DNA of 64,000 nucleotides, from positions 169,508,001-169,572,000 of the forward strand of contig NC_091283.1 of the NCBI RefSeq assembly GCF_032444005.1, written 5' to 3'. This DNA is from Ranitomeya imitator (lineage: Eukaryota). The notes under the pieces are model-generated. The model was not told where the DNA came from. It saw only the letters and a program-made list of their open reading frames with translations, and made no database searches. Within the stretch, counting starts at the first letter, position 1; the number at the start of each line of letters is the position of its first letter. Of this stretch, positions 1-11,600 are shown piece by piece. The position numbers and the translations under genes were made by a program.

Positions 1-132
1 CTCTATATGCAATATGGGGGGTGACCAATGAACATCACAGGATCAATGGTTACATGAGCTCTAGGGGTCTGACTGATGAGATCTCTCTGTCAAGGTGGCA
101 TTCGGCCTCCATAATGGCATATGTGTAGCTTA

Positions 133-402
133 GGCTACGTTCACATTAGCGTTGCATCGGGCGCAGCCGCGGCGATGCATGCGCCATGCGCCCCTATATT
201 TAACATGGGGACGCATGGACATGCGTTGTCTTGCGTTTTGTGACGCATGCGTCATTTGTGGCGCAGAGGACGCAGCAAGTTGCATTTTTTTTGCGTCCAA
301 AAGCAAGCCAAAAATGGACGCATGCGTCACAAGACCATGTGTTTTTGCATGCGTCGGCAACGCACAACGCATGCAAAAACGCATGGTTTTGTGAACGTAG
401 CC
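133..402. mobile_element. PIF/Harbinger-type (Tourist-like) MITE
   Basis: 13-bp perfect TIR GGCTACGTTCACA...TGTGAACGTAGCC; 3-bp TSD TTA at 130-132 and 403-405; no coding capacity. Confidence 0.8.
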
Positions 403-671
403 TTAGTCAGCCATAACACCACCTGAAGACTCGGAGGGTAAAGAAAGGAGGCAACCAGAAGATGGAGGGACAAGTATATGGAGGGTGGAGAGGAATATAA
501 CTTAACTCACAACCCCCAACAGATCATGTTTTCAGGATTTCCTCTTGTACAGAGAATGGAATTATCAAGGCATCAAGCTGCAGCAGGTCCTCTCCCCAGT
601 GCAACACTAAGAAAACCCGGAAAACATGTTGGGGCCACGAGGACCGGTGTTTGGGAATCACTGATCTATAT

Positions 672-833
672 CAGAGGTCCCCAACTCCAGTCCTCAAGGC
701 CCACCAACAGGTCATGTTTTCAGGATTTCCTTTGCATTGCACAGGTGATGCAATTATTACCTGGGCAAGATTAAGGAAATCCTGAAAACATGACCTGTTG
801 GTGGGCCTTGAGGACTGGAGTTGGGGACCTCTG
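672..833. mobile_element. hAT-type palindromic MITE
   Basis: Near-perfect palindrome CAGAGGTCCCCAACTCC...GGAGTTGGGGACCTCTG; 8-bp TSD ATCTATAT at 664-671 and 834-841. A decayed relative lies at ~520-645. Confidence 0.85.
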
Positions 834-958
834 ATCTATATCATACATGTCAAGCGCTGGCCCCCAGGGTGGTTATATTTGGTCTGTGACACAGGCACTG
901 CCCCCTCCTGCTTCAGAACGTGCAGCGGGGGAACAGGTATTTTTTTAGTATGAGTCCT

Positions 959-1620
959 GTTATACTGTATGGAGCGCCGTGTGGGGCCCGTTATACTGTA
1001 TGGAGCGCCGTGTGGGGCCCGTTATACTGTATGGAGCGCCGTGCGGGGCCCGTTACACTGCATGGAGCGCCGTGTGGGGTCCGTTATACTGTATGGATCG
1101 CCATGTGGGGCCCGTTATACTGCATGGAGCGCCGTGTGGGGCCCGTTATACTGCATGGAGCGCCGTGTGGGGCCCGTTATACTGCATGGAGCGCCGTGTG
1201 GGGCCCGTTATACTGCATGGAGCGCCGTGTGGGGCCCGTTATACTGTATGGAGCGCCGTGTGGGGCCCGTTATACTGTATGGTGCGCCGTGTGGGGCCCG
1301 TTACACTGTATGGAGCGTCGTGTGGGGCCCGTTACACTGTATGGAGCGCCGTGTGAGGCCCGTTATACTGCATGGAGCGCCGTGTGGGGCCCGTTAAACT
1401 GCATGGAGCGCCGTGTGGGGCCAGTTATACTGCATGGAGCGCCGTGTGGGGCCCGTTATACTGTATGGAGCGCCGTGTGGGGCCCGTTACACTGTATGGA
1501 GCGCCGTGTGGGGCCCGTTACACTGTATGGAGCGCCGTGTGGGGCCCGTTATACTGCATGGAGCGCCGTGTGAGGCCCGTTACACTGCATGGAGCGCCGT
1601 ATGGAGCGCCGTGTGGGGCC
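959..1620. repeat. 31-bp minisatellite (~21 units)
   Basis: Unit GTTATACTGTATGGAGCGCCGTGTGGGGCCC, period 31 (959, 990, 1021...). Lies in the last intron of the dnase1l1l-like gene. Confidence 0.95.
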
Positions 1621-2205
1621 CATACTTTGCGGGGGTAGGGTACAGTGGGTGCGGAGAATACTTGGAGGAATTCACTGTATAAGTATTGTACTATGTTTGG
1701 GGGGCACTTTTGTTGACATACTTTGAGCGTAATGAAAGGCCAAGGTAGGGGCTTCAATAGGAGGAAAATTACTTTAAGTGCTGTTTGATATGCTCTTCTT
1801 GTAACCTCACCAAATATTAATTTTTTTTTGGGTGTTGGTGGAGAGAGCCCAATTAAAAGTTCTTTTATGGAGGCCCCCATGATTTCTATGTACGCCCAAA
1901 CCCAAGGGGAAATATCCAATTTTCTGAGCAGGTCTTTTCATTTTTAAGATCTAGTCATTAAAATATACTTCTTGGGTGGGACAACCCCTTTAAGTTTGTT
2001 TAGTGATATTTGAGAAGGAAAAACTTCATCAATTTTAGACATATTTTAAATAAATATCAAGGTTGGCGGTAACTTAGTCAAAGTTTTTAATTTTGGTCCT
2101 CTGTGTATTTGACTTTTACATCCATGGTCTAGATCATACATTTACCATTCATCCAATAAAGCTTTTATGACACTGATGGGTCCATGATAATAAAACAGAA
2201 CTTAC

Positions 2206-4238
2206 CTCCTCCTCAGATAAACCGAGTTTTCTCTTGAAATTGAACGGTTTTGCAGTACCTGGTACAATCCCTTTAAGAAGTTCTTCTCCATGTACCACAA
2301 TTCTTGATGAATAACAAACAGAAAGGAAAAAAATCTTTGACAAATTCTGAATATGTCCTATAATATAGGACAAGAATTGCTTGCACTGATAACACAGAGT
2401 AAAATTAAAGGGATTATTAGGAAAAGAAAGAAAGTGCACCCTCCCGTCTGTGGTTAGTGTCCGACGCCAACCCCGATAAGCTAATGTCAGGGTCACAGCG
2501 CTGTATCCTTCCAGTGGCCAGGCCTAGTCCCCTTTAGGAAAAACTTTACATCTCCTTTAAAGGCTACGCCCCATTCCTAGAATTACCGGTCATATGCACA
2601 GTGTGTCTTCTGCTTCACCGTAGTGTCGTCTTTATCACCAATCAGCCAGTGGAAAGTGTCACCGCTCTGGAGCTGAATGTTCCGCCATTCCTCCGCTGTG
2701 ACATAGCCACATGCAGCGTTCAGGTCTCCGAGGAGCATCAGGCTCTGATAAAATGCAGGGAGTATAGTGAGGAGAGGAAGAGGTGTCATCTTAAAGGGAT
2801 AGATACCAGAACCATTTCAATGGTAAATCATTACTTTCAGTCACCACTAGATGGCGCTCTTTAAATATAAAACAGACAATGGTGTTAATGCAGTGACCTC
2901 CCCCTAGTGGAAGCTGGAGGGAACTACTGCTTTTTTACTTGAAGCGTCCACATGAAGGGAAGCATGAGAGCTGCAGTTTTGCCTCTGATTGCTGTGAATA
3001 CCCCTTAGAGTCTGTTTTCGGGGTCTATACAGTGGCCATTCTGTCTGTATTTGTCTTGTACATTTTTTTTTTAACCCACCTCAATTTTCCAGCGACTCTT
3101 CACCTGCAGCATGACATGTAAAAGTCTATTAATCTCAGCGGCCGCTCGGCTCGGACACGTGTGGTGAGACATCAGGACGAAATCTTTAATAACTGTAAAA
3201 AAAGAGAACATGTAAGGCTGCGATTAGGGCTGAGGAAGACTATACAATATAAGGAGGGCAATGTGGCCGACCTGTCGTGGGGGAGAGAAAGCGGACGGCA
3301 AAAGGTTCTCGTGCAAAGGCTTCTGGGTGATCCGGATGATCCTCCACATACTGGTACCAGTCCATCACCTGCACGGTGTCAGCTCTAGTGTGCAAGAAAA
3401 CGTCACTAATACATCAGATAGATCTGGGCCAATAAACTTGTGCACAATGTTCGGACGACCTCGGCTGTACCTGTAGATGAACACAAACTGCTCCTTATAG
3501 CTGTTCTTCCCCAGTCTCTTGCTCTCCAGGTGCTGGTAGTGATGGACGCCATCAAATCTACGAATAAAAAAACGAAGCCGCGTCATCCTTATTGTATTCT
3601 CAGTGCTCGCACATGATGAGGCGACCATGTACACCCACGTCGTCCCCCTCTTGTACCGCTCGCTGCACGGACCCCATGACCTCTGATTGCTGGCACTTAT
3701 CAGTACACGGTGTCTGGTATCTTAACACATGGGAACAATGACTCCCATCATCTACTGCGGTCAGTTTACCTGTTGAGCTCAGACACCAGAGCAGGAACCG
3801 CTTCTCCCTTGGAGTCTCGCACTTCTTGAATTGCACTAATATCACAGCGAGCAAGAATCTAGAATGAAGAGAGACGGATATGTGAAGAACGGGGGTCTTT
3901 AGGGGATATATGGGATGTGTGATACCCCCCAGTCCCATAGATGATAAGTGGCACTGCACATGTGCGACTGCTGCTCTATTCATACAGGGGAGACATCAGA
4001 GGGTCCCAGGGTCACTCGTCGCCTGTCCTGTGGACATTTAACCCCTTTAATGTGTATGATCGCTATAGGGCCATTAATACTTAGCAGACAGGTAATCACC
4101 CACCTTTACCAGAACGCTCATAATCTTCTTATTCGATGCTTTGGCTTCTCCAAAACTCTTGATATTAAAAGCGCAGATTTTGAAGGCGATGGCAACTTGC
4201 AGACCCAGCATCATCAGGAGAAGCAGGGAGGATCTCAT
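2206..4238 (-). CDS. dnase1l1l: Secreted DNase I-family nuclease, dnase1l1l-like; coding exons 1-7, final exon left of window
   Basis: Exons (minus): 4238-4104, 3858-3770, 3557-3471, 3384-3272, 3192-3080, 2744-2587, 2302-2206; all GT-AG with consistent phases. Protein MRSSLLLLMMLGLQVAIAFKICAFNIKSFGEAKASNKKIMSVLVK ILARCDISAIQEVRDSKGE...LGKNSYKEQFVFIYR...AREPFAVRF...SHHTCP...LGDLNAACGYV...THCAYDRIVVHGEE...LSEEE. DNase I catalytic motifs are present. No SDH(Y/F)PVE exon found in 1-2205. The symbol rests on recalled similarity to teleost dnase1l1l. Confidence 0.9.
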
Positions 4239-4280
4239 GGCGGGATATAGACGTAGGACCTATGGATGGGGCGCCCTGCT

Positions 4281-4288
4281 CTATATAA
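4281..4288 (-). promoter_or_regulatory. Candidate TATA box of the dnase1l1l-like gene
   Basis: TTATATAG on the minus strand ~45 bp upstream of the ATG at 4238; position fits a short 5'UTR (inference). Confidence 0.4.
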
Positions 4289-5624
4289 TCCTGTCCCCGG
4301 TGAGCGCAGAACACGGCCAACGTATACCCAAGACCCATCAGATGGAGGACGGGCACCGTACAGAGCAGTCAGTATCTGGGTCTATGGCTGAGGACGTCTA
4401 AACATTCAGTGACGCAGGACTCAAAGGGTGACGGGAGAGGGTGCAGAAAATTCAGGAGACCCCGGGGGGGATGAAGCAGGGCGGCCGTCTATTATAACAC
4501 ACACAATGTGGGACGGATGCGGCTGCTGTGTCAGCGCTCGGTCAGCAGGGACCCGACTCTGGAACACGAGAGAAGGGACAGGACCTGCTGCCAGGGGGCA
4601 ATATTCCTACATGGGACCTGTCCTGTGAGCGCCATTATATTTGTCACTCAGCTTTCCCAAACATGGCTACTTTACTCCAAAACAAAACTCGGCACCACAA
4701 TGAGGTTATGTCGGGCTTTGCTGTGCCGCTCTTTTGAAGTGAATGGTTCTGAGATGCAGTACCGCACACAACCTTCAGACAAGTGTGGCGCTGTTTTTGG
4801 AAACATTTTTCCATACTTTAGAGGGTAGAACAATGTTTAATGTGATGTAGTATATCAAATGTCAGGTCCATTAAACCCAGCCGAGCAGGGAATGCCACGT
4901 ATTACCCTGTGAATTATCAACCTGTGATATAAAGTAGCGAGACGCTGCACATGTACAATATAAAAAGGATTTAATGTAAAAATGGTCAGTACAATGTAAG
5001 CATATATACATGGAGGTGAAGCAGGACCCGGCTCGGCACCTGACCCCCGCTATAACATTATTATAATGCCCCTCGGTGCCGTACAAAGGTGGAGAGTCAC
5101 TAACACGAGTACGGAGCGAGAGTTACAAAAAGTGGCACAAGGACTGAGCACAATTCACAAGGCGCGAGAGCTGGGATTAAGTCTCCTCCGTTGTGTTTCC
5201 TGTTTCTGCCACCAGAGGGCATTAGAGTACATGATAACGGCACCATCTGGCAGCACAGTGCTGTCACACTGCAGACGTCATTGTCGGGGGTGTAGGTTGG
5301 GGTCTACCCTGTATCAAGCACTAGGAGAGAAATGTCAGATATGTACACCATAAGATAACTATCCCTGAGTGGTCCAGAACCATTGTAGCAGGAGCTGCTT
5401 TGTAAGTGGTAGTGGCCCTTTACCTCTAGGGCCCCTGAGAGGCTGCACCAATAGTATGTCCACCCCTGGAGGTGGGTATGAGACGATGGGCATATAAGCC
5501 AATGTCAGCCACATGGGGCAGTCATTCAGTTCTGTGATGCTTTTCCTTTGCCATTACGGCATGTTGGCCTCTTGGCATTGCACTGGCTCCTGAATTTGGA
5601 GAATTCATCGCTGGCGCAGGATCG

Positions 5625-8600
5625 TCACTTCTGACTTACACAAAGTTCATGAATCCACAGGAGGCCGAGAATAATGAGTGTGAGTGACGGCAGGAGAATC
5701 CGGCAGCCGCCCAGAACCAGGTCCAGATCCATCTCCACCGGGTAATGGTCACTGACCTTCAGGGCCTGCGAGAACAGAACATGCTGGGGTTACCGAGGAT
5801 AAGTCTGCCTATCCAGCTAGGCCAGGGGGCTGTGCCGGACCCCCGACCAGAGCACTCTTTACTAGAGCTCATTCAGGATATGTGGCCGATGTCTGTGTCC
5901 GCCACATTAGGTCTTACCTCCGCTTCACTGAGGTGCAGCTCTTTCGTGAAGTTGTAAATCCCGGACGACTTCACCAAATCCATTACCTCCTGTCCATAAA
6001 CCACAATCCTAAGGCAGAGGCAAAGAGGAGGACAATCAATACTGGGGACTGTCCATGGGACAATGCGTAATACGTTCTTGTATTCCACAGGGGGGGCCAT
6101 AAATGTTTATGGGTAAGGGTCCCAGAGGTAGGAGCCTCCACATCTCCAGAACAGGGGTCCCCAGCCCAGTCACCTCCGCTGTGAATGGAGGGCTGGCTGC
6201 ACCCATTCACTTCTAGAAGAATAGAAACCAGCAAAGTAAGTTACCATGGCTAGTGAATGGAGAGAGCCGCAAACGTGCAGCCGTCAGTACATCCACCGAG
6301 GTTGGGGTCCGGTCTACAAATGGGAGATCTATCAGAATTAGCCCTTAAAAGGATCCCCTAAAAATAATGATGTGACAAAGTAACCAGGCATTGTGATCCC
6401 CAGTTATCAGCCACAGTATGCTGGGAGGAACATGGAGGAATTTATGGGTCTGTGCATATTTTATATATGAATGTATAAACCTGTGTAAAGTGTATATGTA
6501 CAGTACAGAGCAAAAGTTTGGACACACCTTCTCATTTAAAGATTTTTCTTTATTTTCATGACTATGAAAATTGTACATTCACACTGAAGGCATCAAAACT
6601 ATGAATTATCACATGTGGAATTATATACTTAACAAAAAAGTATGAAACAACTGAAATTATGTCTTATATTCTAGGTTCTGCAAAGTAGCCACCTTTTGCT
6701 TTGAGGACTGCTTTGCACACTCTTGGCATTCTCTTGATGAGCTTCAAGAGGTAGTCACCAGGAATGGTCTTCCAACAATCTTGAAGGAATTCCCAGAGAT
6801 GCTTAGGACTTGTTGGCCCTTTTGCCTTCACCCTGCGGTCCAGCTCACCCCAAACCATCTCGACTGGGTTCAGGTCTGGTGACTGTGGAGGCCAGGTCAT
6901 CTGGCGTAGCACCCCATCACTCTCCTTCTTGGTCAAATAGCCCTTACACAGCCTGGAGGTGTGTTTGGGGTCATTGTCCTGTTGAAAAATAAATGATGGT
7001 CCAACTAAACGCAAACCAGATGGAATAGCATGCCGCTGCAAGATGCTGTGGTAGCCATGCTGGTTCAGTATGCCTTCAATTTTTAATAAATCCCCAACAG
7101 TGTCACCAGCAAAGCACCCCCACACCATCACACCTCCTCCATGCTTCACGGTGGGAACCAGGCATGTAGAGTCCATCCGTTCACCTTTTCTGCGTCGCAC
7201 AAAGACACGGTGGTTGGAACCAAAGATCTCAAATTTGTACTCCTCAGACCAAAACACAGATTTCCACTGGTCTAATGTCCATTCCTTGTGTTCTTTAGCC
7301 CAAACAAGTCTCTTCTGCTTGTTGCCTGTCCTTAGCGGTGGTTTCCTAGCAGCTATTTTACCATGAAGGCCTGCTGCACAAAGTATCCTCTTAACAGTTG
7401 TTGTAGAGATGTGTCTGCTGCTAGAACTCTGTGTGGCGTTGACCTGGTCTCTAATCTGAGCTGCTGTTAAGTTGCGATTTCTGAGGCTGGTGACTCGGAT
7501 AAACTTATCCTCAGAAGCAGAGGTGACTCTTGATCTTCCTTTCCTGGGGCAGTTCTCATGTGAGCCAGTTTCATTGTAGCGCTTGATGGTTTTTGCCACT
7601 GCACTTGGGGACACTTTCAAAGTTTTCCCAATTTTTTCGGACTGACTGACCTTCATTTCTTAAAGTAATGATGGCCACTTGTTTTTCTTTACTTAGCTGC
7701 TTTTTTCTTGCCATAATACAAATTCTAACAGTCTATTCAGTAGGACTATCAGCTGTGTATCCACCAGACTTCTGCTCAATACAACTGAGGGTCCCAACCC
7801 CATTTATAAGGCAAGAAATCCCACTTATTAAAGGGAACCTGTCACCCCCAAAATCGATGGTGAGGTAAGCTCACCGTCCTCAGGGGCTTATCTACAGCAT
7901 TCTGTAAAGGTGGCTACTTTTAAGAAACTAGAATATAAGACATATTTTCAGTTATTTCACACTTTTTGTTAAGTATATAATTCCACATGTGTTAATTCAT
8001 AGTTTTGATGCCATCAGTGTGAATTTACAATTTTCATAGTCATGAAAATACAGACAAATCTTTAAATAAGGTGTGTCCAAACTTTTAGTCTGTACTGTAT
8101 ATGTTTGTAATCTACTATATAATTGTCTAAGGGTCACTTCCGTCTGTCTGTCTTTCTGTCACGGATATTCATTGGTCGCAGCCATCTGTCTGTCATGGAA
8201 ATCCAAGTCGCTGATTGGTTGTGGCAAAATGCGCACGACCATTGCCACGACCAATCAACGACGGGCACAGTCCGGCGGCAACATGGCCGCTCCTTCCTCC
8301 CCGCAGCCAGTGCCCGCTCCATACTCCCCTCCAGTCAGCCCTCACACAGGGTTAATTGCAGCGCTAACGGACTGCGTTATGCCGCAGTGTAACGCACTCG
8401 GTTAACGCTGCTATTAACCCTGTGTGACCAACTTTTTACTATTGATGCTGCCTATGCAGCATCAATAGTAAAAAGATCTAATGTTAAAAATAATAAAATA
8501 AAAAATCGTTATATACTCACCGTCCATCGGCCCTCGGATCAGGAACCGGCCTTTCCTGCTCCTCGCGACGCCCCGGTGACCGCTCCATGCATTGCGATCT

Positions 8601-11600
8601 CGCAAGATCATGACGTATCGGTCTCGCGAGACCGCTACGTCATCATCTCACGAGACCGCAATGCACTCTTCAGACCGGAGCGCGCGAGGAGCGTCGGTAA
8701 CTGCTTCGCTTGGATCCGGGGGACAACGGAGGGTGAGTATATAACTATTTTTTATTTTAATTCTTTTTTTTAACAGGGATATGATGCCCATATTGCTATA
8801 TACTCTGTGGGCTGTGCAATATACTACGTGGGCTGCTATATACTACGTGGCTGTGCTATTTACTACGTGGCCGGCCGCGAACAATCAGCGACAGGTGCAG
8901 TCCGGCCGCAAATTGGCGCGGGATTTGAACCACGCTTCGCTAATTGGTCGCGGCTATATAATTTGTCGGTCTACTATATAATTGTCAAAGGGTCACTTCC
9001 GTCTGTCTGTCTTTCTGTCTGTCACGGATATTCATTGGTCGTGGCCTCTGTCTGTCATGGAAATCCAAGTCGCTGATTGGTCGCGGCAAAACAAAAAGAA
9101 AATGGCCGCTCCTTACTCCCCGCAGTCAGTGCCCGGCGCCCGCATACTCCCCTCCAGTCACCGCTAACACAGGGTTAATGCCGGCGGTAACGGACCGCGT
9201 TATGCTGCGGGTAACGCACTCAGTTACCGCCGCTATTAACCCTGTGTGTCCCCAACTTTTTACTACTGATCCTGCCTATGTGGCATCAATAGTAAAAATA
9301 TGTAATGTTAAAAATAATAATAAAAAAAAAACCTGCTATACTCACCCTCCGTTGTCCAACGATCCTCTCGCGCCTGCCGCCATCTTCCGTTCCGTGCGGA
9401 AGATGGCGGCAGCTGCGTGCATATCGCCGGAGCTTCGGTGGATCCCAGGAGGTGAGCATATAACTATTTTTTTATTTTAATTATTTTTTTTAACAGGGAT
9501 ATGGTGCCCACACTGCTGTATACTACGTGGGCTGTGTTAGATACCGCGTGGCTGCTATATTCTACATAGGCAGTGTTATATGCTCCGTGGGCTGTGCTAT
9601 ATACTGCGTGGGCTGTGCTATATATTACGTGGCCACTGTTATATACTGCGTGGGCAGTGTTGTATACTACGTGACTGGGCATTATATACTACGTGACTGG
9701 GCAATTTACTACATGGCTGGGCAATATACTACGTATATACAATATATTGCCCAGTTATGTAGTATATTGCCCAGCCACGTAGTATATTGCCAAGTGACGT
9801 AGTATATTGCCCAGTGACGTAGTATAGAGGACAGAGCTACGTAGTATATTGCCCAGCCACGTATGTCACAGGTTAAAAAATAAACATATACTCACCTTCC
9901 GATCCGAGGGCCCCTTGTAGTTCTGTCGCCTGTTCGCGGTGCATGCGGCAGCTTCCGGTCCCAGGGTGTGATGACGTCGCGGTCACATGACTGTGACGTC
10001 ATGGCATGTCCTTCTCGCGCAGGCCCTGTGATGACATCGCAGTCACATGACCGTGACGTCATGGCAGGTCCTTCTCGCGCAGGCGCGCAGGACCTGTGAT
10101 GACATCGCGGTTACATGACCGTGACGTCATGGCAGATCCTTGTCGCATACCATCCTTAGCACCGGAACCTGCCGCTTGCATGGAGCAGTCACCGGAGCGT
10201 CGCGAAAGGTGAGCATATAATGATTTTTTTTTTTTTTTAATTATTTTTAACATTAGATCTTTTTACTATTGACGCTGCATAGGCAGCATCAATAGTAAAA
10301 ACTTGGTCACACAGGGTTAATAGCGGCGGTAACGGAGTGAATTACCCGCGGCACAACGCGGTCCATTACCGCTGGCATTAACCCTGTGTGAGCGGTGACT
10401 GCGGGGAGTATGGAGCGGGTGCCGACTGCAGGGGAGTAGGGAGGGACTAATCAGACTGTGGCCGTCGCTGATTGGTCGCGGCAGCCATGACAGGCAGCTG
10501 GCGAGACCAATCAGCGACTTGGATTCCATGACAGCCAGAGGCCGAGACCAATGAATATCCGTGACAGACAGAAAGACAGACAGACAGAAAGACGGAAGTG
10601 ACCCTTAGATAATTATATAGTAGATGTATGTGTCTATGTATATATACCGTATATATGTATGTATGTAATGTGTATGTTTGTATTGTATACATGTGTGTAA
10701 TGTGTTTATTCAGGCGGATGTACATATCGTACACGTGTGTATTGCACAGGGGCCCTTTTGTGGCCCGTGTCCACCCCCCGGTGTAATGGGCCCCTCACCT
10801 GTCGTACGGGCAGCTGGTGCTCTCTTTCACGGTGGTGTCGGTGCTGTCACTAATCAGCCAGTGACAGTCTGGGTCTGTGTATAAACGGAGGGACTTTGTC
10901 TTCTTCTTGGACAGGTAACTGCAGCCGGCGTTAAAGTCTCCCATTAAAATGATGTTCTGTTGAGAATAATAAAGTGTAAACCTATTGATCTGTGAAAACA
11001 ATGGAGCAATGAAGAGAACGACACGATGGAACCTGGAAACATCGATTATGAGGATAAGACATCGAGGGGATAGACGTCATTCACATATTTTATACGAGGA
11101 GGACAAAGCCGGAGTCCTGATGTAGCAATGTCACAGCTCAGATCCACCACACACACACACAGATATAGCCTTACATAGATCATGAATACAGAAGATCTGG
11201 ACCACCCCTTTAAGTCTACCTTACTGCTCCAGCGCTTTCGGACGTCCATGAACACATCATGAAGAGCTTGGAGTTCGATGGCGGCTTTTTCTGGCTCTGT
11301 GTGCTGCGGGATTATGACCAGATCCTGCAGATCTATAGAGAGAGATCAGTGTTATAAACCCCCCGCAGCCGCTGATCCCTAGATCCCTGTAATCATTACA
11401 CATGATGACTGACGGTGCGACGTCTCGGCTCATCCTGGTCACTGACCTCTCGATTGCAGAGCGAAGCGAACGATGTATGGTTCTCGGGCAAACACGTCTG
11501 GAGCGGCCGGATCATCATCTTCATATTTGTACTGATCGATCACTGAGATCTTCAATGACCTAAGAGGGGATATCCTAAAAATATCAGAAGGGTGCAGGAA

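Noticed and set aside
959-1620. CRISPR-like regular repeats, here and in the other arrays
   Set aside because: Units are contiguous with no unique spacers, there are no cas genes, and the context is eukaryotic.
2206-2302. Assigning this exon as exon 7 of DNASE1L1
   Set aside because: DNASE1L1 has its own exons 7 and 8 at 6008-5918 and 5765-5625; this exon follows the second gene's exon 6.
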